A DNA stretch of 64,000 nt from Epiperipatus broadwayi (taxonomy: Eukaryota; Animalia; Onychophora). Of this stretch, positions 28,449 to 41,977 are shown in pieces. Where the stretch lies: positions 27,218,001 through 27,282,000 of the forward strand of contig JAQFVV010000001.1 of assembly GCA_028023455.1 (NCBI GenBank), given 5' to 3'. Numbering within the stretch: position 1 is the stretch's first letter; every line of letters starts with the position of its first letter. The position numbers and the translations under genes are program-made. The notes below the pieces were generated by a model. The model was not told the DNA's origin. It saw nothing but the letters and a program-made list of their open reading frames with translations, and made no database searches.

Positions 28449-28646
28449 CGTTTTATCATGCCTAAGTTGCGGTAATGCTTCTGGATATCTTCCATCCATT
28501 TGGATGCTAGTAGCAACGGCTGTATCATAAAAGCTGCCGCAATGGGGGCATATTGTTCTCCGGGAAGTAGCTGTCTGTGTTACAGTAACATTGCAAGATG
28601 GACATGCTATTGATGTATAATTTGGTGAACTTACACTTGAAGCCAT
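28449..28646 (-). CDS. Host protein-coding exon, N-terminal C4 zinc-ribbon-like domain (C-x2-C-x14-C-x2-C); gene not recognised
   Basis: 66 open codons MASSVSSPNYTSIACPSCNVTVTQTATSRRTICPHCGSFYDTAVATSIQMDGRYPEALPQLRHDKT, with acceptor ...tgtgtAG| at 28648 and phase-0 donor ACG|GTAGGT at 28448. GC-richer than the flanks, with a promoter upstream. Confidence 0.75.
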
Positions 28647-28699
28647 TCTACACAATTAAATTTAAATCAGATTTTATACAACACGATAATCCACATTTA

Positions 28700-28785
28700 C
28701 TAAGATATATCAGATTGAATCGCCATCTTAACTTTACGTGGTTACCGTCGTTGGAAACTGGAAACCAATAGCCAATCAGAATTTG
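28700..28785 (-). promoter_or_regulatory. Promoter/first exon of the zinc-ribbon gene (tandem CCAAT boxes, YY1-type AAGATGGCG)
   Basis: aaccaatagccaatcaga at ~28765-28780, cgccatctt at 28721-28729, CpG-rich, and a 53-nt GT..AG intron (28700-28648) leading to the coding exon. Confidence 0.6.
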
Positions 28786-29220
28786 GCATAAATTAAAAAA
28801 AAAAAAAGAAATCAGGTAAAAGTAATAATTGAAAGAAAAAAGAACATTCTTAATTTTTTTTAAAAATTAAATTGTTTCATTAGCTTACAATTATTATTAC
28901 CAAGTGTTTTAATAGGAATTTAATATTGGGACTTGTGTAATTAATTTCACTTGAATATTATATAAAAACTTCAGTTTTGAAGGGTTTTTTTTTATTTTTA
29001 CAATAGATTACACCCCTCCCCCGTTTTTATCATAATATTTTATTTGAATAAAATTTGAGATATGTCATTTATTAAATCAACATATTATTTGAATAGTACT
29101 ATTCTTTCAATGACATTGCTTAACATAAGTAAATGCTTTTGTTGTTGCAACAATAAGTTTTACATTTCAATTTAAAGGAATATAATTTTTACACCTGAAG
29201 GTTTGTGGTGATAGCATTCT

Positions 29221-29658
29221 AGAGGTGGACTATTTCGATCATCTGTTATTAAATGTTGAATGTCTGGAAAAATTTTAACTTAAACTTCTCCAAATATAAA
29301 CAACTATTAGTCATACACACAAGTTAACAGACATAGTATATTACTTTTCGAGTGTTCAGGATGGTGTCAGCATAGGAGTTTTGTTGCTTAGAGCATTGCC
29401 TTATAATTCGATATTCAAGAATCTAAAGGTATAAATTAGACTCCTATGCCAGAATTGTCATTGGTTAGCCCAGCAACAGCTGAAAAAAAGTGGAGAATAA
29501 TATCATTCGAAATGTTGCATAATCTACTAACCAGTATTGTTTACTAATTTGTGCATAATATATTACTAACAGTTGTTTGTATTTGGAAAAGTTTAAATAA
29601 AGTTTAAAATTTCATAAACATTCAACATTTAATGACAGATGATGGAAATAGTCCAACA
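29221..29658. mobile_element. MITE (family B) with ~90-130-bp TIRs
   Basis: ggactatttcgatcatctgttattaaatgttgaatg (29227) versus cattcaacatttaatgacagatgatggaaatagtcc (ending 29654). The same end motif occurs at ~4983. Confidence 0.8.
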
Positions 29659-29890
29659 TATTATCATATAATTTGTACACCTCTTAAATTTTGGAGTCAT
29701 TATGTTTTATAGCTTTATTCAGCAGAGAAATTATCTGGACTAGAGCTAAAAAAATAATGCAAATAAAATGAAATTCACAAAATTAGTATGAACAGTATAC
29801 AGTATGAATAGCATTAATTAACAAAAGGTGAATGATGTAGTAATGTTATGTTTTAGTAGACAATTGTATAAATTCCATTATATTTAAAGT

Positions 29891-29998
29891 TTATTATTAT
29901 TATTTTTTTAAGTGTCAAAGCATCGGCCGGGATGCAAACCCGCAACCCGGGCAACTGCCTGCAAGTGCAAGACAGTCGCACTGACCTCTCGACCACCA
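29891..29998 (-). mobile_element. tRNA-derived SINE (same family as 20254)
   Basis: A-box tggtcgagagg, B-box ggtttgcatccc, tail aaaaaaataataataataa, and diverged flanking direct repeats (ataaattccattatattt / ataattccataacattt). Confidence 0.8.
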
Positions 29999-31762
29999 AT
30001 AATTCCATAACATTTCAAACTTTTGAAAAAGCTTTCAGGTTAGTCAAAAATCATTCTAGCCAAAAAACTTATTTGAAACTATTATAGATGTTTTTGGGAA
30101 GAATTGACAGTATATAGAGATTAATAATCCTGATGAAAAGTGACTATAGCATTATCAAACTAATTAATACACATCAAAATTAATAGGTGGATATAACTAA
30201 TAACTTTTAATTTACAATTAAAGTTTAATGGTAATGTCCATTGTCATTATTACAGTTGACAAATGCTGTCTTTTATAAGATTATTTGTTGACAAATACAT
30301 CAATCTGTACAAACTGATATCTATTTGATGACATAAGTCTCTGTAGAGAATTTCTGGTAAACTTTATACAATTATTATTGCTAAATACTTCTAGGTATTT
30401 AATAGTGGCCAACCTACAATAACATTTATTAACATGATAATATAATTGGAGATGACATCTAAGTAATTCTATTTCATTAACATGGTATAACATCATTAAA
30501 TTCTTCTAATAATTCTGTTATGTAGCTTTCACATAAATAGCTAATAACTTTATTTGTCTTACATATGAGGTTGTATGCTGCTGTGTAGCTTTTTTTAATT
30601 AAAGAAATGATCAGTGTGTGTAATATTTGTTAATAAATATTTATTGACTCTAAAAAAAGTAGCAAAATTTTAAAAACAATCAGATTATCTGCATGCTTAA
30701 TTAAAATGAGATTTTTTAATAATGATTTTAAAATTATAAAATGAAAAATCCAATAAAATTTATTACAGCTATGGCAATAGCTTATGTTGTTAAATATTAT
30801 GTAAAAATAAGATTTGATGAATTTAGCTCTTAATGTTTTTAAAGCTATTCCATACTTAAAAAACACATCTACATTTTGATCTGATTCATAGAAATATTTC
30901 AGCACCTCTCAATATTATAACTGGAATTTTTAGTCCTTGGGAAATTTTTCTCAGCTTCAACCCTCCTTTCATAAGATGTAATGTATACATATCATGCTAA
31001 TACATTATTTAGAAAAAGTTAGCTGATGATGAACATGTGCCTTAACTGAGTAATAATATTATGTACCTGACAATAGTGATGTTAAGCTTAGACATATTTT
31101 AAATATTTCCTGTTTGTAAATACCAGATTTATGTATATTTAAGGATGAATTGTAAAATTAAACATAGTTTTGTATTTTTTTAAACACAATTTTAATTGTT
31201 GTATGAAAGTGCCACTATTATTCTTTATATGGACTGACTTCATTACTTTTTGCTATTCTTTTAACCAATATAACTACTGACTCACATTACCCAGTTATTT
31301 AACACAATCTTTAGAACATAACTCTAATATTCCAATAATCAGTTACATAAACATAAATAAACAATTTATGATTTAGAAGAATATATATATTAGAAAATAA
31401 AGTTTATATTTGATGCAGCATTTTAATTTAATAGAAGTCTAATATTATGTAAGAATATAAATCTAACAAATATGGCTTAACACAAAACAAATGAAATAAA
31501 CATGTTAATATTAATAAATGCAAAAACTTACACTGTTCTGCCCCAATAAATACTGGGGGAAAAATAAGTATAGCAAAATACGCTTTTAAATGTTTCCTAT
31601 TTTGTAGAAGTGAGATATGTGCATGCTACATTTGATTTTCTTGTTGAAATCAAAGTATAGACATTTATATAATAATAAAATTAAACTTATAGTCTATACA
31701 TGTTACTAAAATACCTACCCATACACAATGCTTTGATCAACAAATTATTTAACAAAGAGTAA

Positions 31763-31935
31763 TATAGGGGATTTGAACACAGACTTTCAAGCTCCCTTCA
31801 GCTATTCACTCTATCTTATACAACTAATACAAATAACCACACACATGTGAAAAAGATAAATGATCTCCAATATATGTATTTCATGCTGAAACAGCACTCA
31901 TCAGTTTGTCCAGATCATTATCTCCCACACATATG
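31763..31935 (+). mobile_element. Half copy of MITE family A
   Basis: tataggggatttgaacacagactttcaagctcc...gtccagatcattatctcccacac matches one arm of 27084-27475. Confidence 0.8.
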
Positions 31936-32099
31936 ATTATGATAACCACATTTATTTTTATAATTTATTCTCTTAATGATATTTAAGCTTTGACAATATA
32001 TAATAATGGTAAATATTTTATGCTATGTATTCATTAAATTGTGTAAATAATAAAGTTATATGTGTGTGCATATAAAATTAGTCAAAATATAAAACATTA

Positions 32100-35000
32100 A
32101 AAGTCACTCTAGAAATAATGAAAATATATAATAAGTGAAGTTATGTAAATCACCAATTTAATCTGGATATGCATTAGCATATTATTGCAAATTATTATAA
32201 GATAGAAAAAATTGTTTATGCAAATTATATCTGAAAAACGAAATGGATTATCTAAAATGCCAGCAGAATATTAAGAACACAGCCAGAGAACAATCCAGTG
32301 TTAAGTATAATATAAGCAGTAGAGTGCTTGTGAACCCACAAGTCTGTGAGTAGCAAAATACCCTGAAGAGAACATTGTAGTGAAAAGTTAATAAAAAAGA
32401 GTTAACAAAGTGAAATGAAAGACTGTAATAAGAAAATGCAGCATTATAGTTTAATAGTTTAACATTATACAGTACTGTTCGACAGTATAAAGAACTGTAT
32501 GTATATGTTTAATTTAAGTCTGATTTAATTTATAGAATTCAACCAGCAAGCTACTATTTGAAAATACTAACAAGCTACTAAAATAATATATTATGAACAA
32601 TAAATTCATTGTTAAGTTAAACTTTTTTGTATGTGTATTATTTCTAAAATAATATATGTTGTACAACCGCCTTCAATCGTACTGGTCTTGTACACATCAA
32701 ATGATGAAGTCTCAAAAACCTGTGTTAAGCATCAATAATGTGGACATATGGCATGACAGAGTAGTATGATAATGCCATTTGATGTAAACAATCCAGGGAA
32801 ATAGCAAATATATGTTAGTCATGTTGAAAGATACATGATAATTAATTACATTACCAATAATAAATTTACAGTCATTATCCTAATGTGGAAGTTGCAAAGG
32901 GAGGTGTTGCAACTAGTAAATTATCTCTGTAACTTGAAAATGCTTGAATACATTCCATAAGAGAAGTAGATGCAAGAGTTAATTTCATATTTCAAACCAA
33001 CTTCAAAATACCTAGCATGACTTTGCTTCCAGAAGAAAATGCTGTCACCAAATGAAAACATACTGGACAATAATTAAAAGAAAGTAAGTTTAGAGATGAC
33101 CTAAAAGAAATGCTATTAGTCCAGCTGTTATGGGGTGTTTAAAATGAGAAAGTTAGACAAACATTGCTAAGTGAGTCTACACTAAAATGTCACTATCATT
33201 AGATGAAGTGTAGCATACAAAACTATTCTAAAATATGTAGAATTTAAAAATACAACAGGTAAAGTTAAGCCAATCACACACATATAAGCAAGGCAAATAC
33301 AATGGTAAATCCTACTAAATAAGAGATCAATGCCTGTTAAAAATATAGTGTATTGACACATCATTTGTTAAAGATTTGTACAAAAAAATGCAAATAGCTA
33401 TAGTAGATTTACATGCCAATAGTAAATTGGGAGAAGAGGAATTATGAATGCTATGAATGTTAAAAAAATAAAGAAAAGTGAGGTACATCAAATTCACTAG
33501 ATGCCAAAATTTGTAATACGATCACAAATATTGAAATTGACAATGGGGCAGATGTAACATTAATATATTTTAAGGATTGAACAGCTATTAAATTGAAAAT
33601 AAAACAATAGGATACAAATTAAAAAGACAAATTTAATAGCAACAGATAGTACCAGTAAAAGTAAACAACATACAATATTTATTGTTATATGTTGTAATAA
33701 AGAATTTTAGCTGTATATTGGGATGTAGCTAGTTCCAACTTCTGAAAATAATTATTGAACACACCAAGAGAGTCAAACTGAAAATTAAAACCCAGAATAA
33801 ATTTCCACTGCTATATAATAATCAAATCTAAACAGACTAAATAGTAAACTTGCAATGAAATGAACAAGAATTGATGTGGGATACCAATATTGGATTTAAA
33901 AAGAATGGCAAAAAATGCAAACAAACTATATAGAGCCACAAATGTAGAATGTTTAGAAAAGTTTGTCTCCGTGTCAATAATATATTATTATGACAGACTG
34001 AATAAAGGAAACATGTTCTACAGTTGCTACATAAAAAACATCTGAAATAGTTTGCATGAAAGAATTAACCCACTCATGTCTGGTGATGAATAATGACATT
34101 GAAAAACCTGTAAAGAAATGTTGTCTGTCAAGAAACACTGAGATTACCTGAAAAAGAGTTCAAATCATGGTGTGAAGGCAGAGGAGCATGGATAAAAATC
34201 CATTTTATGTAGGACCATTTCATGGATATATATTCTCTTATAGCTAATGAGGTGTACTTCAAATGTAAGGAATACAGAATGATAAAAAATACTAGTGTAG
34301 ATAACGTAATAAAAGTACTAAACAAACTTTTCCTGAGATTATAATTACTGACAACAGTGCAGAATTTTGTTTAGTGCAATTAAAGGCTTATCTCACTCAG
34401 AAAAGGGATATTGCATGTTTTAAAATCTCTATACCATCTAGAGTCAAATGGATTAGTGAAAAAGATCATTCAATATTCAAAGTACACACTGAATAGAATA
34501 GAGTATGCTGTTATTTATAACTCAGTAATAGTAATGTTTTGTCAGAATGAGTTCAGTTATCAAAAAAACCCAGGCCGAATTATTAATGAAATCCATTTTA
34601 GAACACATATTCCAGACAAAACTAAAAAAAAGGAAAGAGTCTAAAAATGCAAGTTCAATACAAGACAGACCATCCAGATAGGAAACACACTGAAGAAAAA
34701 GTGGATACCAGTTAATATAATTAGGCTACTGTCTAAACAAATACGTGAAACTAAAGCAAGAGTCAAAAAATTAGTAAAATAGCACAAATACTGTTTTATG
34801 ATAAGAATACAAGTCTGGCTACCACTTGTATAAAAGATCCTCTAGGAAATAGTGAGAATCTTAAAATAGGTGTGCTTACCAATACAGAAAAAGATGTTGA
34901 GGAAAAACTTTCTAGTTTAGATTTACAGTAAACATTTACATCAAATAGTGAACTACCTATGGAAGAGAAAAAACTTGTATCCCACCGAGAAGGTCACTAA
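32100..35000 (+). mobile_element. Ty3/Gypsy remnant with large internal deletion (LTR end, gag, protease, integrase)
   Basis: Putative LTR end ...acatca at 32700; gag MPFDVNNPGK.QIYVSHVERY; protease IDNGADVTL (~33536); integrase WIKIH..VGPFHG, IITDNSAEF, YHLESNGLVK (34411 ORF). Most of RT/RNase H and the 3' LTR were not found. Confidence 0.75.
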
Positions 35001-35399
35001 TTCTATTAATGATTAAATATTTTAACCTTGATTAAAAATACTGATACAAAATTTCAAATAACCTGCTGCTATTAAATTTTTGCACAATAAAAAAATTAAC
35101 TAGCCCAACATATTGCTTAGGCAGTAAAATCATTATTAAATGCTTGAATATATATATATTTATGGTTAAAACAATGACATCTAAAAGACATTACATTTAG
35201 AGAATTTATTATAGAATAGTACTCTCCAAGGTAAAAATGACTATTGCATTAAAAATAATCTTTTTCCAATTCATGAAAAAATAGATGTTCTTTCTTTAGA
35301 AGTTATGCTAAATTTCAATAGTTAGCAAACACTAAAATAAGTGCAAATTTTTGGATAGGTCATAGAGTAGTACATTACAAAGTTAAAATAATAATGGTA

Positions 35400-36400
35400 T
35401 TGAAAATAGGTATTTTTCCAATTTATTAATTCTTTAAAACTATCAATTATTTATGTTAAATTTCAGTAACTATAAAGATGAATTTTCTTAAGGAATGTGT
35501 TATGGATAAAAGTAAATCTATTATTAGGTTCACTAGCAAAGAGAATTATGAATGATTCTTTGTTAATAATCCTATTATTAATAACTTGTGTAAAAAAACA
35601 TGGCATTTTCCGTTTAGATAAAAGTGAAATTTAATGTGGAGCTTTATAATCAATACAAAAATTTAAAGGCAAAAGTTCATAATTGACAAAAAGTTTAAAT
35701 ATCAATAGAGAATTAAATTTATAAGATATACACATTTACTGATCATGATCCCTTTAGATATTTTTTTAAGTATTGAAACTAACATATAGATTTTAAAAAA
35801 TAGCACCAGCCTATAAAATCCATAGATGGCATTCTTTGCTGATAAAAATATCTGGAACTGATAGAAGGAATATTTTGATTGTCTTTTGAATAATTCAAAT
35901 AATAACTTTTAATGATATATCTATTGTATTTATTCACCCAGGTTGATGAAGTTAAAATAGCTCTTTATAATCTTAAAAAGGGATAGACTACAAGCCTGAT
36001 AAGGTATGAAAATGTTTTAAAATATAATTGCTAGTTTCAAAAATATTGGATACTTTTTAGAGATGGAATCATATTGTGCCAATTGATCTTAAGGATTATT
36101 ATATTGTTCCAATTTTAAAAAAAAAAGAGTATAATTAAAGCTACAGTAATTATTATGGAATATCATTGTTATACTACAGCAAAAGTACTTTCAAACATAT
36201 AGTTGAATAGAATGCCCAATCATTGATGAATAATTACCAAAGGCTCAATATAGTTTACATGGTGTTTGTTATTATGCAAATGCAAAAAATTAGCTGGAAC
36301 AAAGAAATATATTTAAAAATTTAAATTTAGCCTTATTAATACTTTGCCAACTACATTTCCGAAGGCCAGGTTGTACAGAACATTTTTTTTTCAATTTTTA
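35400..36400 (+). mobile_element. Non-LTR (LINE) RT N-terminal remnant
   Basis: Degenerate IVPILKK and YSNYYGISL..TAKVLSNI.LNR (CxNYRGISLL), i.e. RT domain 1-2 motifs. Confidence 0.55.
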
Positions 36401-36939
36401 AATTGTGAATTTCTCACAATTATTTGTCAAATTCACAAGGTAATAACCGGATTACAAAACAATTACTAAAATTACACATTATATATTGTAACTATTATAT
36501 TGGCAATACCAAAGTTACATAGTGATACTTTTGGTAACCAATATGTGGGTGTTCATATATACACACATATGTACATGTAAGTCTGAAATAAAAAAGGGAG
36601 TAATGAAATATACACGAGTTGATATATTCATCTAGTTACTTTTCCTTTTGTTTCAAAAGAAATAGTCTTTATAAATTCATTGTGGAGATGATACCTAAAA
36701 GTTTACAAATAAAGAAGTTTTTTATATAAATGAAGTAAAAAAAAATATGAAATAAGATAATTTTTTTCTCTATCACATACACACTTCTGCTAGAAATTGA
36801 GGAGGAAATAAAATGAATTATCTATCAAGTTAAAACTATATAAGAAGTGCAAATTTGTAAATATTGTAATTTATTAAAAGTGATAAAAATACTTTTTGTA
36901 TTTTTATGTAATATGAAGTGCTAGACAAAAGCAAATAGC

Positions 36940-36990
36940 TCATTAGTTATTATTCCTAATGCAATGCCCACTATCTTCTCTACCAGTTAG
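36940..36990 (+). other. THAP-domain-like motif remnant
   Basis: IIPNAMPTIFS resembles the THAP AVPTIF box. The upstream C2CH residues are not recoverable. Confidence 0.25.
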
Positions 36991-38240
36991 TAAAGACTGT
37001 GATAGAGAAACAGAACTCCATAAAAGAACTGCCAAGATCTATTCAAGAAGAAATAAAATACTAATATTTACATATAATTGCATTTAATGTTCTGTTTAAT
37101 GACACTTAAAGGAAGAAGAAAGACTTTAAAGATAATCTAAAACAAGATCCTTTAATGTTTTTATATTGTTTTCTTTTAAATATTCAAATAAACAAAAAAA
37201 AAAATATTGAACTCTCAAATTAAGCAAGAGTGCAAAACTGAAATTTGAAATGGTTAACAACGACATCATCTTTTATTCAGAAATCAACTAAAATAATAAA
37301 ACATTTAGAATTTAATTAAATGGTTCACTGAATAAATTATAATGCAATTCACCCAAAATAAAGTGGATAAATTCATTTTTAGAAAAGTTACATAGAAATT
37401 AGTGACAATAATTTTTTTTATATCTGAAAAGTTATTATGTAAAGTTACAGAAAGGAAGAGACTTAAACTTGTGTTATAATCTCTGACTTGAAAAGTATTC
37501 AAGAAGAAAATCTCTAAAGAAGATGCTATTAATTTGTTTCATCATTTACTTTTTTTAAAATTAATAAATCATTGCATTATTTACTAAGTTGTTTATTATT
37601 TTATGCCTATCATTTAACAAGTATAAAATACAATATTTTATTTCATAAAACATACGAATTAGTTATACTTAATCAGCGTATTGCTATATTTTTCATGATA
37701 TAAATAACACTTTTAATTAAATTAATGCCACACACACACACAACTCATAGAAAGAACCTCCCCCCCCCCATCTCTAATAACTTGCTCTCAAATGTGTGAT
37801 AGTAGAAGCAGATGAGTGTTTGTGTATAGAGTGAGCCTTAGTTAATCAACTATTCATTTCATTTCTTCTCATTATGTTTCATCTACTTCCCTGGATTTAA
37901 ATACCATTACATAAATTAGTACAACATGTAGGCTTGAATGTCCTATTTGGATAAAGAAGAAAAGAATATGGATGTGATATATATATATGTGTGTGTAAAA
38001 TAGAGAATATAATTTTTTTTGTTTGAAAAAACAAAACAAAACAACAACAAATAATTGAAAGGCAAGATTGAGGTTGAAAGGGGGGAAATCTAGCTATTTT
38101 ACTGGGTTAGTGAGTGATTGTACTATTAATTTATAAAATAATAGGTAAAAAAGAATAATGAATTGAAAAAGTAGTTAAATATTTTTATAGAGAGTAATGT
38201 CAACACTGTTGAAGAAAAAAACAATCAACAACAAATAAAT

Positions 38241-39250
38241 ATGGATTCACCTAATACTGTAGAAGTGCAATCAATGGATGTTGAGCATATAATAGATGAA
38301 AAGTCAACTGTGAAAATGCCAGGAAAGCAAAAGCCAGTTGCACTCATGTTGGAAATGTTATTGGTAAAAATGGAAGCAAAAAATGGACCAAAAAAAAAAT
38401 GCAGAGAAATCAAAGAACTGCATAAAAAATGGAACAAAATCAGGAAGTAATAAAAGAAATGTATATTCAAAATACAGTAGAAATGAAGCAAAATCAAAAA
38501 GAGATGTACATTCAACTTAAAGAAGAAATAAATGAAAAATTTCAGAGCATGGAAGTAATATAATCACTCTGAAGGAAGAGATGATAAAGCATATGGATGA
38601 ACAAGTCCAGGAAACCGGAATCCATAAAGACATCTGTAGGTATCCAGAATAAGATACAGAAAGCCATTAGAACCTACCAAGATCAGGTACTAGAAGCAGT
38701 TGTAAGCTTGAAAGCTTTATTACAGAAGCTGGAAGTGAAGGATGAAGAAAAGATAGACACATCAAATGGATGATTCTTCATTTAAAGAAGTGGTTGTCAC
38801 TATTAATGATATGAAAGCTAATTATGAAAATCATGCAACAATACATGTAGGAAAATAAATGTAACATTATGGATATGATGGTTGAAGCAAATCAAGAAGT
38901 TATATTATTTAAAGGTCAACATAAACCTTGTGAAAATATTAAAAGCATCAATCAAGTTTTGAGAATAGAAACGTTTAGAGGCAATGCAGAAGAGACAGTA
39001 ACTAAGCATCTAGATAGTCTAGAAAGCTATTAGAGCTAAATCCATTGACTAAAAAAGAGCAAGCAGTTATTATTACAATAATTTAAATGAACCAGCAAAG
39101 GAATGGTGGATTTCATTGATAAGCAAACCAACTACTTACCTGGAATATAAAAAAAAACAAATCCTAAGCAACTTTTGGTCAGAAGAAAGACAAGAATCTA
39201 CAAAATACCAGATCATGCAGAAGAAATTTCAGATAAAAGGATGTGAAACA
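38241..39250 (+). mobile_element. Degenerate gag-like ORF remnant (coiled coil + capsid-like motif)
   Basis: Strongly A-rich sense strand with an E/K/Q-rich coiled-coil reading. ETFRGNAEETVTKHLDSLE (~38970) resembles the retro-gag FxGxxxEDxxxWL motif. Confidence 0.45.
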
Positions 39251-41610
39251 TATACACAGTTCTGTATAATTTATTTTTGTAATTGTTGCTTGTATTTCAT
39301 ATATAAATAAAACCTTATTTGAAAAGAAAACACTTTTTTTTTGATAATTAACAAAATGCATTAAGCTTTTAAATTAAAAATATGTAGTATAACTTTAACT
39401 CAACTCTTAACCTACAAATTATTTGTGCATTATAAATATTATCAAATTGATTAGAATATATACATATATACATTACCGTGCTGATGTAATATCTCTTTTA
39501 GTTTATATTATAATTTATGTAATAAACATTTGGATCACAGAACTATTTCAATGAAGTCTATTGGGTCAAGCAGCAAAAAGGTTGAGAAATGCTAGTCTAA
39601 AGTATGTGCGAGCATATATAGTAATAAAAAATGTAGGTATAAACAGGCTACAATAGCCCAAAGCAGAAAATGTAAACTATTGTAATCAAGAATGGACTGA
39701 AACAGCAAAGTTGTTAGTCATATAATTGTAGTGTAGAATTACATACTGTACTGGTCGAAAATGTATATCCATCCAACAAGATTTAGAATCTAAGCAAAAG
39801 TACCCCAAATCCAATCATGCCCGAGATACACAGGTCAGGAGCAATCATGAATTCTAATCTATTTGCCCATTCCCCAAATCTATAACACTATGGACAATAC
39901 CTATAGACAACATGAATTCTATGCCAGCTTGGTGCTACAATGTTTTGCATGAGAATTCAACTGGTGATGATGATGATGAGAGATTGAGTGAACCCAAGAT
40001 ATAAGTTAAAAACATACATATATTAATGAGATTCAAACAACTGGATTAAGTTTTAAAAATATAAATATTTATTTTGACAAAATTCAAGATGATTTTATAT
40101 ATGTATAATCAATCAACTTCACACAGTTTAAACTTTCTTTTGGTTACAAATCTTTGACAATCTTGATACAATTATTTTTATTTTAACAGATAACAATTTA
40201 GTGTGGCATTTCAATGCATAACACATATTTAAAAATCGGATTTTATTTAATATTATAAAATAGATTTATCTGGATGGTTGGTGGACATTTTTATACATTT
40301 AAAAAAACACATAAAGATATAACAATAGAGTTTCGCTGTTTATACGATTTTAGTAGGATGCCCTTGGCATTTAATACATAGCTTTATTTTAATTCATAGA
40401 ATTTATTTATAACAATTAAATAAGGATATCTTATGATCCATGAGTATACTAAAAACATTTACTTATTACACATTTTCGTCATTTAACTTTCCAATATTGC
40501 GAAACTCTATCAATACAGGAATTGCTTATTTCAATAAAAGGGGAGGGCAGCTTCATGAGAAGTTGGATCTAAAACTCCAACAAAAAATATTACAAAGAGA
40601 AAAATGTTTCATTATCACATATCATTATGATTTATTTTGTCAAACAGGCTAGAAAACTAACTATAAGAAATTATGGTGCAGCATTATGTCAGTGTGAGAG
40701 TGTGACAGCTTCGGCCAATAAAATGTCATTCTCTGATTATTAAGGTGGTATGCTAGCTTCATGCTGAGTGGAACCAAAAGAAAAAGGTAGGTAGGAAGTT
40801 GCTATGGGCTGGATCATGGCAGAGCCATACAAAGCTTCAATCCTAACCTGCATGTTCCAGGAGTAGACTTAGACCCCTGTTATGAACGAGAACATTAAAA
40901 AAGAATGGAAGACTTCAAATTCCTGGCATGAGATACAGGTGAATGAAAGCAGTATATAAATATATACTTTAAGGAGAAGAATGAAAAATAAAGACGATCG
41001 TGAATCCCTGGAATGAAGCACAGGCAAATCAGATCAAAGCCCTATGTGGTTTATTAATAATTTCTGACATATGCTAGCAATTTTATTATAAGAATATAAA
41101 ATCATTGAGTTTAAATACTATGATAAAGCCTTAAATGTTTTAACAAATATGTAATGATATATTAAAATAATGACCCATGTAAGATAACATTTATCAGAAG
41201 TTAAAACTATAATTAAATTAAGCGTGCAGTTCTCCCCTTTCTTGAATCATATTCAATACTATTTTATTAACATATAAAAAAAAAACAATTAAAATTCATA
41301 GCACTTAAGAGTGCAAATAAAATAGTATTTGGTCACCAACTTTTTGGCGATGATGATCAATAAAGAAATTAACAAAATTAACAGACACCAATATCCACTC
41401 CAGATTGCAAAGTATTTATATATTTTGTATAAATTTATAATAAAATATTTTTTAAAAGCATATATTCATTTTAAAATACAAACCCAATCTTACGAGCTAT
41501 TTAGAAATAAATAACAAGAGCTCATTAATCCCCCCCCCCTTTCTATTCCACAGCGGAATATAGAAGTTCGTAAGACTGAGTTTGATTGGCATTTACAAAT
41601 AAAATTTAGT

Positions 41611-41668
41611 AACATTTAAACAGCTTTAAACTGCTGCATGTGCAACAGTTTAAAACTGTTTAAATATT
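41611..41668. repeat. 58-nt near-perfect hairpin
   Basis: aacatttaaacagctttaaactgctgca-tg-tgcaacagtttaaaactgtttaaatatt (28-bp arms, 3 mismatches). Confidence 0.85.
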
Positions 41669-41977
41669 ATTGTTTATAAAAACATCGCGCTATATAAAAT
41701 AATTGACTTAAATAAAATTTAGTGAAAAATAAAAAAATATCATTAAAAATAAAATTATAATCGCACTAAATTATAAAAATAATAAGAAGCGTGAGTTGGA
41801 TGAAAAGTTTTACAGTAATATTAATTTAGATAGAAGAGAATCGATAGAGAGAAAAAAATTATTAATTTAACATACTCACTGATTAGCGAGTCAAAAGGGA
41901 TTCAATATACAGAAAACATTAATTTTAAAGAGTTAGGATTCATGTAATACAATGATAATGACTTTAGACTTGTTATC

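Noticed and set aside
20254-29998. Functional tRNA genes
   Set aside because: Non-canonical anticodon arm, A-rich tails and TSDs indicate retroposed SINEs.
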